Shown here: one piece after another, positions 34,449 through 47,745 of the stretch
Numbering within the stretch: the stretch's first letter is position 1
How the letters are laid out: every line of letters starts with the position of its first letter
Assembly: GCF_001194135.2 (NCBI RefSeq)
Contig: NC_068988.1
Coordinates: 73,048,531-73,099,118, forward strand
Source: Octopus bimaculoides
Lineage: Eukaryota
Direction of reading: 5' to 3'
Length of the DNA stretch: 50,588 nucleotides
The notes under the pieces: generated by a model
The model's database searches: none
Told to the model about the DNA's origin: nothing
What the model saw: only the letters and a program-made list of their open reading frames with translations
Position numbers and translations under genes: made by a program

Positions 34449-37400
34449 GTACCCTCCCCCAGACCGAAAGGAATGAAAAGGTTGAACAGGCAAAAAGTTA
34501 ACTGTAAGCAGTGAAACAAGTGATTGCCTGTGCTACACAAAGAGGAGCAGAGACACAAAGAGTGTGGAAAAGGATAAATCATGGAAGATGGCAAAATGTA
34601 AACAATGCATGCGAACACAATATTATGCAAATAAAAGAATAGAAACATGTAAAAATAAATGCATATAACATATGAAATACATGTAATAAAATGTATAAAG
34701 AGAAAATGCATCAAAACAGTTTGTTAAATTGTACAGTTTGTTCAAAACAGGTGGTGTATCAACAGGTACAGTTTATGTTAATATGGAAAAGGTGATTAAA
34801 TTTAGTTTTGGACAGTTTATGTGGCCAAGTTACTGTTCTGTCACTTCGTGCTACATAAGGTGGAATGGATTGTGGTGTTTGCAAATGTTGTTTGGAAGCA
34901 TGTAAAGATGGTTGAGGTTGATGTTTGTGGAGTGAGTGTGACAGGTGTGTCAGGTAGTGGAATAAGACTTTCAGAGAAAGCCTTCTTCATTCTGTCAATA
35001 GATACAGTCTCTTTCCAACCATTAATGTCCATGGTGAAAAGTTTTAGTATGTGTGAAAGCACACGGAAAGGGCCTGAGTAGGGGGGTGTAAGGGGTCTTT
35101 TCATAGCATCGTTTCACAAAAACACAGGTGTCCTTGTAGAGATATTTGCTGTAACAGCAGAAGAAATAGACTGGTCACATGGGTGGCAGATCCAAGAAGT
35201 AAGGAAGAAGTCTGGTGATGTATGACACAGGATCCAGATGCAGTGAGTCAACTGGTGCCAACATTTGACCAGGAAGTGCCAAAGTGGTACCATATAAGAG
35301 TTCAGCTGAGGAGTAGCCCAAATATATCTTAACAGTGGACTGGCAACCTAGGAGAACAATAAGAAGAAATTCAATCCATCATTGTGTATTGGAGTAGCAT
35401 GAAGTGCAGCCTTTAACTGCCTATGCAATCTCTCCACCATTCCATTTGAGGCTGGGTGGAACCTAGTCATATGAATGTGTTGTACACCCAGTAGTCATGA
35501 CAGTTTTCCCACTGCAAGGGAGGCTTTGAATTGGCATCCATGGTCAGTGGTGATCCTGAAGGGTTCGCCAAAGTGAGCAATCCAACCTGTGATGAGAGCT
35601 TGAGTCACAGATTCGGCAGTAATATCTACCAGGGGTATGGCCTCTGGCCATTGGGAGAACCAATCAATACAGGTCAAAATGTATGTGAAACCAGAACTGA
35701 CGGGCCAAGGACCAACGAAATCAATATGGATGTGTCGGAAGCAAGTGTCTGGTGGAATGAAGTGTCCCAATGGAGCAAGAACGTGCCGATGCACCTTGGA
35801 GCACTGACACTACAAACAAGAATGCACCTAAGTGGTGATTGTACAATGCATATCACACCAGAAGAATCGGGCCATGATAAGCTTCACTGTGGCAGCAATG
35901 CCTGGATGTGACAATGAATGCAGAGCGTCAAAAATGGTGCGGCAATGACAATCAGGAATAAGTGATCTGGGTGAACCAGAGGAAACTCAGCGGACAGAAG
36001 TGCAGGTACTCAAACTTGCAGCAGGAAAACTGAGCAGAAGAAATGTCAAGCGAATCCAAGGAAGGCTGGTCTGAAGCAATGGCAACCAGATCAATCATAG
36101 TAGGAGACGAAAGGGAACACAGAGGTATATTGGCAGATCCAGCAATATGGTATATGTCACTGGTGAACTGAGAGATGAAGTCCAAGTGTCTGTATGCCCT
36201 CGGTGAGTAATTCTCTGACTTGGATTGTAGTGCGAATGTGAGTGGTTTATGGTCTGTGAATATTGTAAACTCCCAACCTTCAAGGAGGTGGTGGAAGTGC
36301 CTCACAGTAAGATAAATAGCTAACAGTTCTCTATCGAAAGTGCTATATCGTTGTTTGGCAGGTTTCAGCTGGCGTGAGAAAAACGTTAGTGGTTGAGTCT
36401 GGTGGTTGATCGTCTGTTGCAATACAGCACCAACACCACAATTTGAGGCATCTACGGTCAAGGATAGTTCTGTTTTCACTATAGGATGAGTGAGCAAGGA
36501 AACTTTAGCAAATTCAGATTAGACGGATTCAAAAGACTGCAAAGTGTTGGAAGAGAAATAGGAGAATCTTTCTTTTTCTTGTCCTTCAAAAGCTGAGTCA
36601 AGGGAAACAACTTGTCTACACAGTTAGGAATGAAGCGATAATAAAAGTTCATTAACCCTCGGAAATGACGTAACTGTTTCAATGAGGTGGGGGAGTGAAA
36701 GTTGCTGAATCGCTTCCACCTTCACTGGCAGAGGCCGAATGCCTTCAGAGTCTATAAGATGTCCCAGGAACTCCAGGAACTCCCAGGAACTCCAACGAAG
36801 TTGTACCAAACACACACTTTGCAGGGATGACCTTGACATTGTACAACCAGAGATGCTGGAACAACTGAGATAGGCGTTGATGATTATGATGATGCTCAAC
36901 TGTGTCACTGGCTATGAGGAGGTTGTCCACGTAAGCAAAAACAAAATCCATCCCATGAACAACTTCATCAATAAACTGCTGGAAAGTGCTGGCGGCATTG
37001 CGCAGGCATGGATAAGAACTTGAACGAGCCAAATGGCGTGGTCACGGCTATTTTTGGGATGTCAGCCAGGTCCACTGGTATCTGGTGGTATGCACATACC
37101 AGATCAATCTTGGAAAAAACGGTGCATCCATGTAAAGCAGATGAAAAATTCTGTAGATGAGGTAAAGGATATCTGTCAGGGGTAGTGATGGCATTGAGGC
37201 ATCTGAAATCCCCAACCAGTCGAAAGTCTGTAGTACCTTTTATGTTTGGCATGTGTAAAGGAGACGCACATTGGCTCGTGGATGGTTGAATAAGATCAAG
37301 CTGTATCAGATGTTCAAATTCAGCTCAAGCTGCCTTAAGCTTGTCCGGTGCCAACCACTGCAGACAGGAAAAAGCAGGAGGTCCCTTTGTGGAGATGAAA

Positions 37401-39386
37401 TGTCTCGCTGAGTGAACAGGTTCAGTTGGTTTAAATGACAAGTCAGTAAACTCCAGAAAAGAAGCAAGCAATGCGTGATATGGATTCCTTGAGGTGACAA
37501 CGAAGAGAGAAGTACTTACAGGAGTGACAGTAGAATTCTTTGTAAGAGTTGATAAGGAGGTGGTATTGTGGAGAAGTCACTGCTTTCTCACATCAACCAA
37601 TAATGAGTAATGGTGTAGAAAATCTGCACTCAATAATGGATGAGGCAAATCCGCAATGACAGAAATCCATTTAAAATCTCTATGTAGAGATAAATCCACA
37701 GATAAAGAAATCTGTCCGTAAGTCCAGATAGTAGAGTGGTTAACAGCATACAAAGAAATATCGAAAAGTTGAGGTGAAACATAAGGGCTAAATACTGACG
37801 CTGGCTCCTGTGTAAACCATGAAAAGCTTAGAGGAGTTGATGTCTCTAACAAAAAATGCATGATGCAGAGTAGAACGAAGCACAGGGCCGGCTGACACGC
37901 TCAGGGTCTCCCGTTCTAGTTTCCCTGTGGGGAGTAGGAGCAAAGCTGTCTACACTGATGTACCTTATCCCCAAATCGTCGATGGTACCAACACAGCATG
38001 TTGGGCGAAGTGATGGCACGCTGGTGAGAAGAAGAATGATGCCTAAAACGATACCTGGAAGATGATTGGGAAAAAGAGAAATGTACACGACACAACTGTG
38101 AAACCTGTTGCACCAAGTCCTTAATTGCCTTCCGGGTTTCTGCTTGTGATGCCACATTGATTGATGAAGAATCCCAGGTACCTGTAGATGAAGTGATAGC
38201 TACTACCTTGTCAGCAGATGAGGTAGGCCTGTAGAATTACAGGATCTTGTCCACAGATGTAACTATTTGTTCCAGTGAGCTACCTTCTTTCATAGGCGCT
38301 AGGATGGACTTGACATTAGATTGCAGCTGAGAGAAAAATAGCTCCTTCATGAATGAATTTTCTTCAGTTGAGCAGTCAGCCAACTCGCAAATTCTGCATA
38401 AAAATTCTGTTGGGATTCTATCCCCTAAATGTTCATCCTCCAAGAGAGTGCGAAAGCGACTCTTGGAGGATTTAGAATTTCTGCAAAGGACCTCTGCTTT
38501 TATACTGTCGTAGGAAGCATCTGGTGGCATGTCTGTGATTAGGTCTCTAACGGCGAGCACTAATGGCAAAGGAATCCTACTCAATATGATGTGCAATCTC
38601 TGTTGAGCCAACTGAATGTTATTGGATACAAAGTATGATTCCAGCTGGGTAAACCACATCTTAAGACAGCCATAATAATGGGGTAGAGTGATGTGATTCA
38701 TCTTTGGTGGAAAAAAACGTAACACACATCCAGAAGAAGGAAAAACAAGCTGGACATGACCAATAACCAGAAAATACAGGATAACATCCTCCAACGAGAA
38801 AAATATCAGGAAATAAGGACAAAGATAAAAGAAAATGCAAAGTTGTATCTGACAAAGGAAAAATTTGTCATGCAGTGAAATATGGAGTTCGCAACAGAAA
38901 AGGTTCAGTTGTTTAGCAGCGATCGAACACACAAACAGTTTGACATTGCCATTAGGAGAAAATTTTGCATGGAGAAAAAATGATGGTAGACCAAAGGTAA
39001 CAGCTATCAGTGGTTGGTCAAAGAAATACTCCACAGAGAAATTCCACACGTTGGGCAGTTTCGAGAAGGGGTCAACTCAGGTTATGCATTTCTTCTCATA
39101 AAACATCTTCATGCCATTTCTGTTTCAGAGATAACCTTTTCTGCCCAAAGGTGGTGTAGAAACTTTCTCATAATCAACAGGTATGTCCTTTTTTCTGTCT
39201 GGAGCTACCACTTTAGTGAGTTGGTCACTGGTGTAGGAGAATTTGACTGCTGAAAAAATTCATAGCTCTCCATACGTGATAGAGCTGATTATAAAGAAGC
39301 AATAATGAGGTTGAATGTCGTGAATCATATAGCAGGCAATGGCTGTTGAAGTAAAGACTGCAGATCTTTTTACTTGGGTTCCCCAC

Positions 39387-39888
39387 TTTAGCGAGGGAAG
39401 TCACTAATGAAGACGTCAACACCTTAATGGTTGGACTTAGTCATTAATCCAATGGTTGTAAAATGTCTCTGTACAGTAGGTAACAACACTCATGTTTGTG
39501 CATGAACAACTTCATGTCCAAGGTTTTATTCAGATGTGTAACAAACGAATTCGTACTGTGAGTACACAATGCTCAATAAAGTTATCTGTGATTGAAGAAA
39601 AAGGTTCTGAATGTCTTGCCATGTTCCACAATGACAGTGAGAAAATAGAAGGAATTCATACTACAAAAATTACTTTCAGACAGGCACTAGGCATAGCAAA
39701 ATGCTGGTAGGACAGAATGTCAACTCTGTGTGCCTGGCTCTCTCTCTCCAAAGTTGACCTTGTTGTGACTTAGAGCAGAAAGAGGAAATTCAGTTGGAAT
39801 ACACTCTTAAGTAGGTGATATACTTCTAACATCCTCCTATGTGTCGTTTAGTAGTTATGCCTTGTATGCTAGCAAAGGGGGAGCTTAT
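39387..39888 (-). repeat. 5' LTR of element 2, missing its first ~115 bp
   Basis: Homology to the 3' LTR (about 85-90% by eye, mostly transitions) stops at the (TA)n run near 39888. Confidence 0.88.
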
Positions 39889-39889
39889 A

Positions 39890-39923
<34 letters not shown>

Positions 39924-40451
39924 AGAGCATTGAATTCCTTGGAAGAAAGCAGTGAATGTGTACAAAAACAAGGACGGAAAAAGCGAACAATGTTACACGA
40001 ATACAATAAAAATAATAACAGGACATAGCAACAGATGTCTTTCGACTAAGAACGAATTAAATTAAGCTGGCATGTGTGGAAATAAAGCCTTACAGCGGGG
40101 ATACAAGATTTCACAGGCAAAGGGAGGAATATTGATGTTGCACAGACAACGGCTGGCCAAGAAAGAAAGATCAGGCTTGGTTGAAGGCTGGTCACGTGAG
40201 AAGAGAAGAGAAAGAGGTAGAGGAACAAAAGAATTAAGGAGGGGCGAGAAAAAATGACAGGGACACAGTGAAGTGAAAAGTGGAGGGGAAGTGAGCAAGA
40301 AGAGAAGGCAAGGAAATGTGAGAGAGGGGGAACGAAAGAATGAACAGTGAAATGAACGAATAAGGGTGAAGGGGCTGATAGACAGAAATAGAGTCATACA
40401 AGATTTAGAAAAATGTATACTTACATATAAGAGACAGGTGTACGTACGCCG

Positions 40452-40487
<36 letters not shown>

Positions 40488-40910
40488 CAAAATGGGACAG
40501 GAATGCAAAACATCCTGACAGTTAGGTGATACAAGAAAGGGACAACAAAACCTCCAGATAGACGATGCAAAGAAAACAAGGACAGGTCATTCAGAGTTTT
40601 CTTTCCTCAGTCAAGTTCCAGATTAACTTTGCAATTTCGGCTGGTTATACCTGAGATTGCTCCAATCTGGCCAGCCCCAAGGAAAAACTATATATATATA
40701 CTTACATAAGATGTAATAGTTCTTAATTACATAAGATGTAATAATTTGTATCGTTCTGTTGCATCGCACCTAAAGCAAGTCAGTTGATCTGACTCAAAGT
40801 TATACATATGAAAAAATTTGAATTCAGCATGGCAAGCTGATAAAGCAACTATAAATTATTGTGCTGTTGCAAGGAAAAAGAAGGCTGAAGAGAAGTATCA
40901 CTTTACTCAC

Positions 40911-41031
40911 AGAATAAGAGACGTCAAATCCTTCTGGACAGTTTTCTATATCTTCAAAACTTTCAATTAACTCCAGTAAGGATTCCAATGTTTCTTCAGC
41001 AATTCTGTCATATTCATTCGCATTTAATCCA
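40911..41031 (-). CDS. FXN: Frataxin internal exon (acidic helix 1): (x)GLNANEYDRIAEETLESLLELIESFEDIENCPEGFDVSYS
   Basis: Acceptor CTTCTGTTTTATTTGAAG and donor TCT|GTGAGT; 121 nt, phase 2 to phase 0, joining the 25740 exon in frame. YxRxAEETLxSL and DVSY motifs of frataxin. Confidence 0.93.
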
Positions 41032-42478
41032 CTTCAAATAAAACAGAAGCAAAGGTATATCCACTTTACTATTTCATCTTCTAACATATGACAATTACAT
41101 CAATTAAGTTGGTTAAAAATGAACTGATCAATTAAAATTCTGAGAGATCTCCAAGTTTTAAATTGCAACTTGCAACATACATACCTTCTAGTTTCAGCCA
41201 TTTGACTGTAGCCATACTGTAAGTAAACTATATTTGCTCAAGACCCATCCTTAACTATGCCAGCTAAATGATAAGGAAAAAAATCATTGCAAATTTTTGT
41301 TTATTGTAAATACTAGGTATTTAAAACTTCACATTCATTACTATTTCAGAAAGTGACTGTCATCTAAATACACTAATGACACAACTATGAAACTGTGAGT
41401 CGTGTCTTACTGCATCTTTTGTGCCACAACTGTGGCCTCTGTTCTTCTGATAGTTAGTCTTTATCTCTCTAATTATGTTAATCAACATGATGTTGAAGCT
41501 CTACAATTGATCGACTATGTGAGTCAGTGTTACTGACTTTATTCCTTTCAGAATACTTATTCAATACTTTATACAAACCTTCCTTCCTCTCCTCAATTAC
41601 TCTTTGCTACTATTTTGAAACAATTCCAATTGAACAAGAATCAATTTAATCCTACCCCAATTATCCACATCTTTCAGCTTCTGTGAAGCTAACAAAAATC
41701 ATGAAGACTATTGTTCTTCTTCGGAGACAATAAGTAGAAAAACAAGAAATTACTTCAGAATTTTATTGTTTGTACCCTAAAAACTACAAACATCCTTTAT
41801 CAGCAATGAGCTTCTTTGAATTGTTAATCAGGACAATAATAAGTAAGGTATTTTCAATAAAGGGACCTAAAAACTCTTTTGCTGGAAACAAAGCTAACAC
41901 TAGTTCACACATACAACCAATAAGGAAGTGTCTATATGGAACTCATGCTGCTAGAAATAGCAACCAAATCGTTTTCGAATCTCACCCTACCATCTTAACC
42001 CCTTTTGTTACTATATTTCTGTTGAAAGACACAGCCTATATTTAAATTAGTCTTGAAAATAATGAAGAATTCAATAAAGTAACTCTGTCATTATTTTATC
42101 AAGTATTTAGAACATAAGCTAACATAAAATTTTGAAGGTTTCAATTTAAATCACTTTAACATTTCAATAAGAATTCACCTGACACCTTCCTTAGTTCTAG
42201 AATACAAACTTCTTGTCTTAAAGTGATCTAAATTAAAGTTTCCCTCAGAATTCCATATTAATTTATGTTCAAAACACCAGCTTAATAACATAAATACTTT
42301 ACTGAATTCTTTGTTATTTTCAAAATTAATTGAAACAAAGGCTGTGTATTTCAATAGAAATATGATAACAAAGGGGTTAAAACATGAAGTTTGTACTGTA
42401 GAACCAGGGGTGAACTAGAGATCTCCTCAATCAGAGCCAAACAACATTGAAATTAAACACAAAACCAGTGTAATAAAC

Positions 42479-43178
42479 CATCATCATCATTGTCGTTTAA
42501 CGTCCGCTTTCTATGCTGGCATGGGTTGGATGGTTTGACTGAGGACTGGCAAGCCAGAAGGCTGCATCAGGCTCCAATATGATCTGGCAAAGTTTCTACA
42601 GCTGGATGCCCTCCCTAACACCAACCACTCTGAGAGTGTAGTGGATGCTTTTACATGCCACCGGCACAAGGGCCAGTCAGGTGATTCTGGCAACGACCAC
42701 GCTCAAAAGGTGTTTTTTACATCCTACCTGCACAGGAGCCAGTCCGGCGGCACTGGTAATAACCACTCTCGAATGTTGTTTTTCACATTCCACTGGCACA
42801 TGTGCCAGTAAGGTGACGATGGCAATGATCACGCTCAAATGATGCTTTTTATGTGCCACCGGCACGGGAGCCAATCAGCGGCCCTGGTAACAATCACACT
42901 TGGATGGTGCTTTTAACGTTCCACTGGCACAAGTGCCAATCAGGCAGTACTGTCATTGGCCATGACAGCAATTTTAATTTTGATTTCACTTGCCTCAATA
43001 AGTCTTTGCAAGCAAAGTTTATTGTCCAATGAATGAGGGGTACTCATAAGTGGGCTGGTTACACCCACTAGCATAGGCCATGGGTTATGGTCTCACTTGG
43101 CTTGTCGAGTCTTCTCAAGCACAGCATATCTCCAAAGGTCTCGGTCACTAGTCATTATCTCAGTAAGGCCCAATGTTC
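42479..43178 (-). mobile_element. RTE 3' end with VNTR (about 5 units, 42640-42960)
   Basis: (CAT)n, the reverse-complement tail, the minisatellite, and the end of the ORF (...GTGGTGAAGCATGACCTTCGAACATTGGGCC in reverse). Confidence 0.9.
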
Positions 43179-43214
43179 GAAGGTCATGCTTCACCAAAGC
43201 CTGAAAGTCACAAG

Positions 43215-43397
43215 TCACTCTTTCCAGTAAAGTTTCCTAAAGTAAGAGCCAACAATGATTTCAGTGACAAATTTATTACAAAGGTAGAAGTCCATCAAGG
43301 TTCAAGTCTCAGCCCTTTTCTATTCACCATAGTCCTACAGGCTATCACTGAGGTGTTTAAGACTGGCTGTTCTTGACAACTCTTAAATGCTGATGAA
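43215..43397 (+). pseudogene. RTE RT subdomain 4-5 fragment
   Basis: KVEVHQGSSLSPFLFTIVLQAITEVFKTGCS*QLLNADE. Confidence 0.75.
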
Positions 43398-43646
43398 CAA
43401 TACTGGGATATCAAATACCATGCAACATAAATTCTTCATTTATTAAAATTATCTCTGCCACTAAAGGATGCATTATAATTAAATTAAGACCAACTTTACT
43501 TGAGGAGGGGAGATAATCTAAAGAATTAAGAATTTTATGAAATTGACATGCCATTGAGGAAAAGAACAGATTTATTGTCTAGAGATAAGAGGATAGTTGT
43601 GGACATGTGTTTCTGGCTAAATAATTGTCATCAGTATGATAATTGC

Positions 43647-43945
43647 CTGGAGGCAATGACCAAGACCTTTGGCTTTATGACGTGCTTGAGAAGACGACCC
43701 ATCAAGCTGAGTAAAATCGCAGCTATGGCAGATACCTGTGTCACGCAAGTGGCACCTGTGCTGGTGGCACATAAAAACACTCATTACACTCTCAGAGTGG
43801 TTGGTGTTAGGAAGGGCATCAGGCCATAGAAAACCATGCCAAATCAGACGAGTCTGGTGCAGCTTCTCAGCTTACCAGCCCTGATCAAACTGTCAAACTC
43901 ATGCCAGCATGGACAACAAACGTTAAATGATGATGATGGTGATGA
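43647..43945 (+). mobile_element. RTE 3' end with a single VNTR unit
   Basis: GAGGCAATGACC..GACCTTTGG...GGTGGCACATAAAAACAC...GTTAAATGATGATG. Confidence 0.85.
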
Positions 43946-44012
43946 AGTAATTTGTATAATTTAAACAAAAATGAATTAAGAGAAATAACTTAAAGTGGCC
44001 AGTAGCAGAATT

Positions 44013-44570
44013 CATCATCATCATCATAATTTAGCATCTGCTTTCCATGCTTGCATGGGTTAGATAGTTTGATTGAAATTGGTAATCTGTAGGGCCACAA
44101 CAGGTTCCACTCTGATTTGGTATAGTTTCTGCAGCTGGATGCCCTTTCTAAGCCAACCACTCCAAAAAGTGTAATGGCTGATTTTTACATGTCACCAGCA
44201 CAAGTGCCAGTTATATGACACTGCCATTAGCCACAACTATGATTTCACTTGGCTTAATGGGCCTTCTCAAGCACGACATATTGTCACTTGTTATTGCCTC
44301 CGTGAGGCCCCAACATTCAAAGATCATGCTTCACCACCTTGTCTCATGACTTCCCAGGTCTATCTCTTTCACAGGTTCCATCCACAGTTAGAGATTGGCA
44401 TTTCTTTACACAGTTGTCTTTATCCATATGCATCACATGATCATACCAATGCAATCATCTCTCTTGCACATCACATCTGATGCCTCTTATGCCTAACTTT
44501 TTCTCTCAAGATGCTTACACTCTGTTGTACATGCACACTGACATTGCGCATCCAGTGAATTAGGGAGGAA
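44013..44570 (-). mobile_element. RTE C-terminus and 3' tail
   Basis: (CAT)n, reverse-complement tail, and the reverse complement of GTCAGTGTGCATGTACAACAGAGTGTAAGCATCTTGAGAGAAAA. Confidence 0.85.
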
Positions 44571-44889
44571 ATTCCAGCCATGGAAGCTAAATCTAAAATT
44601 GAGAGGCTTCTAAGAAGATTTAGCAAAGACTTTCCTACTTTCTGCTTTAGTAAGCAAGAAAGAAGACAGGACTTCCCTATCATCAAAGAAATGTCCTTGC
44701 TTGATATGCACAAAAAGCATAGGCATAAATTACACACACAGTATCCAATATAAACTATGGACATTCAAAAAGTGTAATGGAATTACAGGCAGACTAACAG
44801 AGAAAGTAAGATATGTATATGCCAGGTGCATTTGAGCAGTACGTACTTAGGGTACACCAAAAATAGATTCTCTTAAATGCCCAGATGAC

Positions 44890-45420
44890 TCACTAGGATT
44901 AGTCAATAACTTTTGTTAGGAGACATAATTAGCAGAGGAGGTAGTTGCTTGGAAAGTCTAGTAGCTAGGGTGAGAACAAGTTGGAAAAAGTTCAGGAAGC
45001 TATTAACGCTGTTGGCAATAAAGGTCTTTTCCTCCAGACAGAAAGGTAGATTGTATGATGCTCGAATTAGCACTGCAATGCTGTATGGCAGCAAGCCATG
45101 GGCCCTGAATGCTGAAGATTTGCAAAGACTAGAAAAAAAAAAAATGAAGCTAGCCTGCTCTGATGGATGTATAATGCTAGTGTGTATGAATACCAGAATA
45201 CAAATGAGCTAAAAGAAAAACTGGGTGTAAGAGGAGTCAGGTGTAGGCTGCACTGGTACAGACATATTATGCATATGAAGGATATTGTTGCATACAAAAG
45301 TATTGAGCACTCAAAGTTAATGGAACATGTAGAAGAGGGAGACTGAAAAAGACTTGAGATGAAGTGGTGAAGGCAGACCTGAAGATACTTATTGCCTGGC
45401 AATAGGTAGTGTTACAGAAG
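44890..45420 (+). mobile_element. RTE C-terminal fragment
   Basis: LGDIISRGGSCLESLVARVRTSWKKFRKLL...AMLYGSKPWAL. Confidence 0.82.
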
Positions 45421-45497
45421 ACATGGCCACACATGGAAAGACACACTCTCACCCAAAATTAATGATCAAGAAGTTGTAACATATATGTGTGCGTGTT

Positions 45498-45533
<36 letters not shown>

Positions 45534-46147
45534 CTGCTCTCCATCAAATCCACCTTAGTATCCATCATTTAAGCATCTCTCCTCCAGGACTTCCATCTCT
45601 TTATCACTCGCAGTACCCTCTCTCAAAGTTACCTCTATTACCACCCAACACTTTCCCTAACCTTTATCTCATCTTCTGCCCTTACCTATGATGTCCAATA
45701 GCCTTTCTTTCTCTTGCTGTTTCCTCACCTCTTTCTCTCCTTCCTTTTCAGTGCCTCCCCATCTATGATGCTTTTGCAACATTCACACTTTGCTCCTTCT
45801 TACCTTTATGGTAACCCCAAGAATCTACTTCTTACTCTTCTCTTTCTGCTTCCTTTCCTCTCATAGCTCTCTCTCCCACTGCTTCTTTGCCTCCTGAACA
45901 CCCCAATGTCCTTTTTCTTCTTTTCTTCTCTCACCTACCAGCACCCCCACCCATACATACACGCCTTTCTTTCCTTAAACGACTCTCTTAGGATTCCTCT
46001 CCACTATAGTCCTCCTTTCTCTCACACTTTCTGTCCATACTTGGCCCATATGGTTGGATAGCCCTAGGTCCCTACTCCACATACATCCCTGATTCTTCCA
46101 AAAAACCTGAAAACATTGTTCTGAAAAAAAAAAAAAAAAAAAAAAAT

Positions 46148-46495
46148 AGGTGCAGGCATGGATGTGTGGTAAGAAGTTTGCTTCCCAACCACATAGCTCT
46201 GGGTTCAATTCCACTGTGCAGTACCTTGGCCAAGTGTCTTCTACTGTAGCCTCAGGCCAACCAAAGCCTTGTGAGTAGATTTGGTAGATGGAAACTTAAA
46301 GAAGCCCATCATATATATGTATATGTTTGTCCCCCCCAGCACTGCTTGACAACTGGTGTAGGTGTGTTTACATCCCCATAACTTAGCAGTTCAACAGAGA
46401 TTGATAGAATACATACCAGGCTTAGAAAAAAAAGTCCTGGGGTTGGTTCATTTTACTAAAATCTCCTCAAGGTGAAATGAGTAAAAGATGAAAGA
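46148..46495 (+). mobile_element. tRNA-derived SINE family B
   Basis: A-box-like TGTGTGGTAAG and B-box GTTCAATTC at 46203-46211; body shared with 47374 and 50228. Confidence 0.85.
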
Positions 46496-46608
46496 TAAAT
46501 AAATAGATAAACCTTATATATTCTAACTTAATGCTATAGGTCCCTTTTTTCTTAAGAATACAAATTTGTTTTTAACCAAACAATAAATATTTATCAGAAT
46601 TTACTGAC

Positions 46609-46688
46609 TTTTTAACATCTGTACAGTAATACTGGAGTGAATTTGTGGGAGTAGAGAATTCCAAATCCTTTGAAGTTAATCCATAAAC
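46609..46688 (-). CDS. FXN: Probable frataxin exon 2 (presequence region): VYGLTSKDLEFSTPTNSLQYYCTDVK(N)
   Basis: Strong acceptor TTCTTCTCTTTTCAATAG and donor AA|GTCAGT; 80 nt with no stop, ending in the phase 2 needed to join the 41031 exon. This region is poorly conserved, so the call rests on splice signals and phase only. Confidence 0.6.
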
Positions 46689-47373
46689 CTATTGAAAAGA
46701 GAAGAAAGTACTGAATCATTAAAAAGACATTTGGGGCATAAATAGTTTGGAATTTTTACATATTTGTGAATGTTCAAAAAATAGTTTGTTAATAGTACAA
46801 CTAAGATTAAATATTTTCATGAGAATAATTCTGTATGCAATGAATACATCAGGTCATTTAACAGATTTACTTTTGCAATAAATTAGTTGATCAATCACTC
46901 GCTCACACATCATTTATGTTAAAATAATCATGCAAAACAAAAAAGAAGAAAAATTCACAATGATATATACATACACCTAAAATTAGTAGGACTTCTGGGA
47001 CTGAGACACTAAGAAATACAGTCAAATACTCTCATGACCCCTGAAATTTAGGCAAGATCAGAACAGTATTAACATTACAAAATTCCATTGATGCAACAAA
47101 TATGTTATAGACATTACAATTTTCTTAATTCTATATCAAAAATACTCAGAAACTTAAGCCTTAGTAGAACATATCCTCACAGTCCTTGTCCCATGACACA
47201 ATATTTTCATCTAATCATCATACTGCTTTCTAATTTGTCTCAGCAAATTATAGTTGGTTTTGAGAAATTAAAAAAATGCAATTTCTTCATGTTATGTGTT
47301 CAAAAATAATATTTTAAACATTCATCAAAATATAATTGCACAAATCAAATTGTGTTAAAAAATCCACAAGAAT

Positions 47374-47745
47374 AGGTGCGGCTGTGTGGTAAGAAGCTTG
47401 CTTCCCAACCACATGGTTCCAGGTTCAGTCCCACTGCATGGCACCTTGAGCAAGTGTCTTCTACTATAGCCTTGGGCTGACCAAAGCCTTGTGAATGAAT
47501 TTGGTAGATGGAAACTGAAAGAAAGCTGTTGTTTTGCCAAACCACTAAGTTATGGGGATATATATATCCCCCCCCCCCATCACCACCTGACAACCAGTAT
47601 TGGTGTGTTTATGTCCCCATAACTTAGCAGCAAAAGAGACTGACAGAATAAGTATTAGGCTTTAAAAGTAAGTCCTGGACTAAAACCCTTCAAAGTAATA
47701 CTCCAGCATGGCCAGTCAAATGACTGAAACAAGTAAACGAATAAA
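47374..47745 (+). mobile_element. tRNA-derived SINE family B
   Basis: GGCTGTGTGGTAAGAAGCTTGCTTCCCAACCAC...GGTTCAGTCCC...GGCACCTTGAGCAAGTGTCTTCTACTATAGCC...GACTGAAACAAGTAAA. Confidence 0.88.

Larger units (their letters stand above)
33842..39888 (-). mobile_element. Ty3/Gypsy LTR retrotransposon, CsRn1-like, structurally near-complete but inactive, inside an FXN intron
   Basis: 3' LTR 34448-33842 begins TGTAGGCA after PPT GGGGGAGGG (34460-34452). 5' LTR 39888-39387 is truncated. PBS-like TGGGGAACCC at 39385-39376. gag MWFTQLESYF and CWYHRRFG..C, protease relic, RT (YVDN), RNase H (TVDAS, DRELLAIY, FTDHKPL), integrase (HIDFVGP, PPYSGPF); many stops and frameshifts. Confidence 0.94.

Noticed and set aside
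36765-36795. (CCAGGAACT)x3 repeat in Gypsy RT
   Set aside because: A simple slippage duplication in a dead ORF.
40585-40615. Minus-strand CTGAGGA...GAAT hammerhead-like motif (also CTGATGAG at 49947)
   Set aside because: Stems I-III or the GAAA core cannot be formed convincingly.
18628-46608. Friedreich-type (GAA)n expansion in frataxin introns
   Set aside because: No GAA triplet tract was seen; the purine-rich tracts are irregular.
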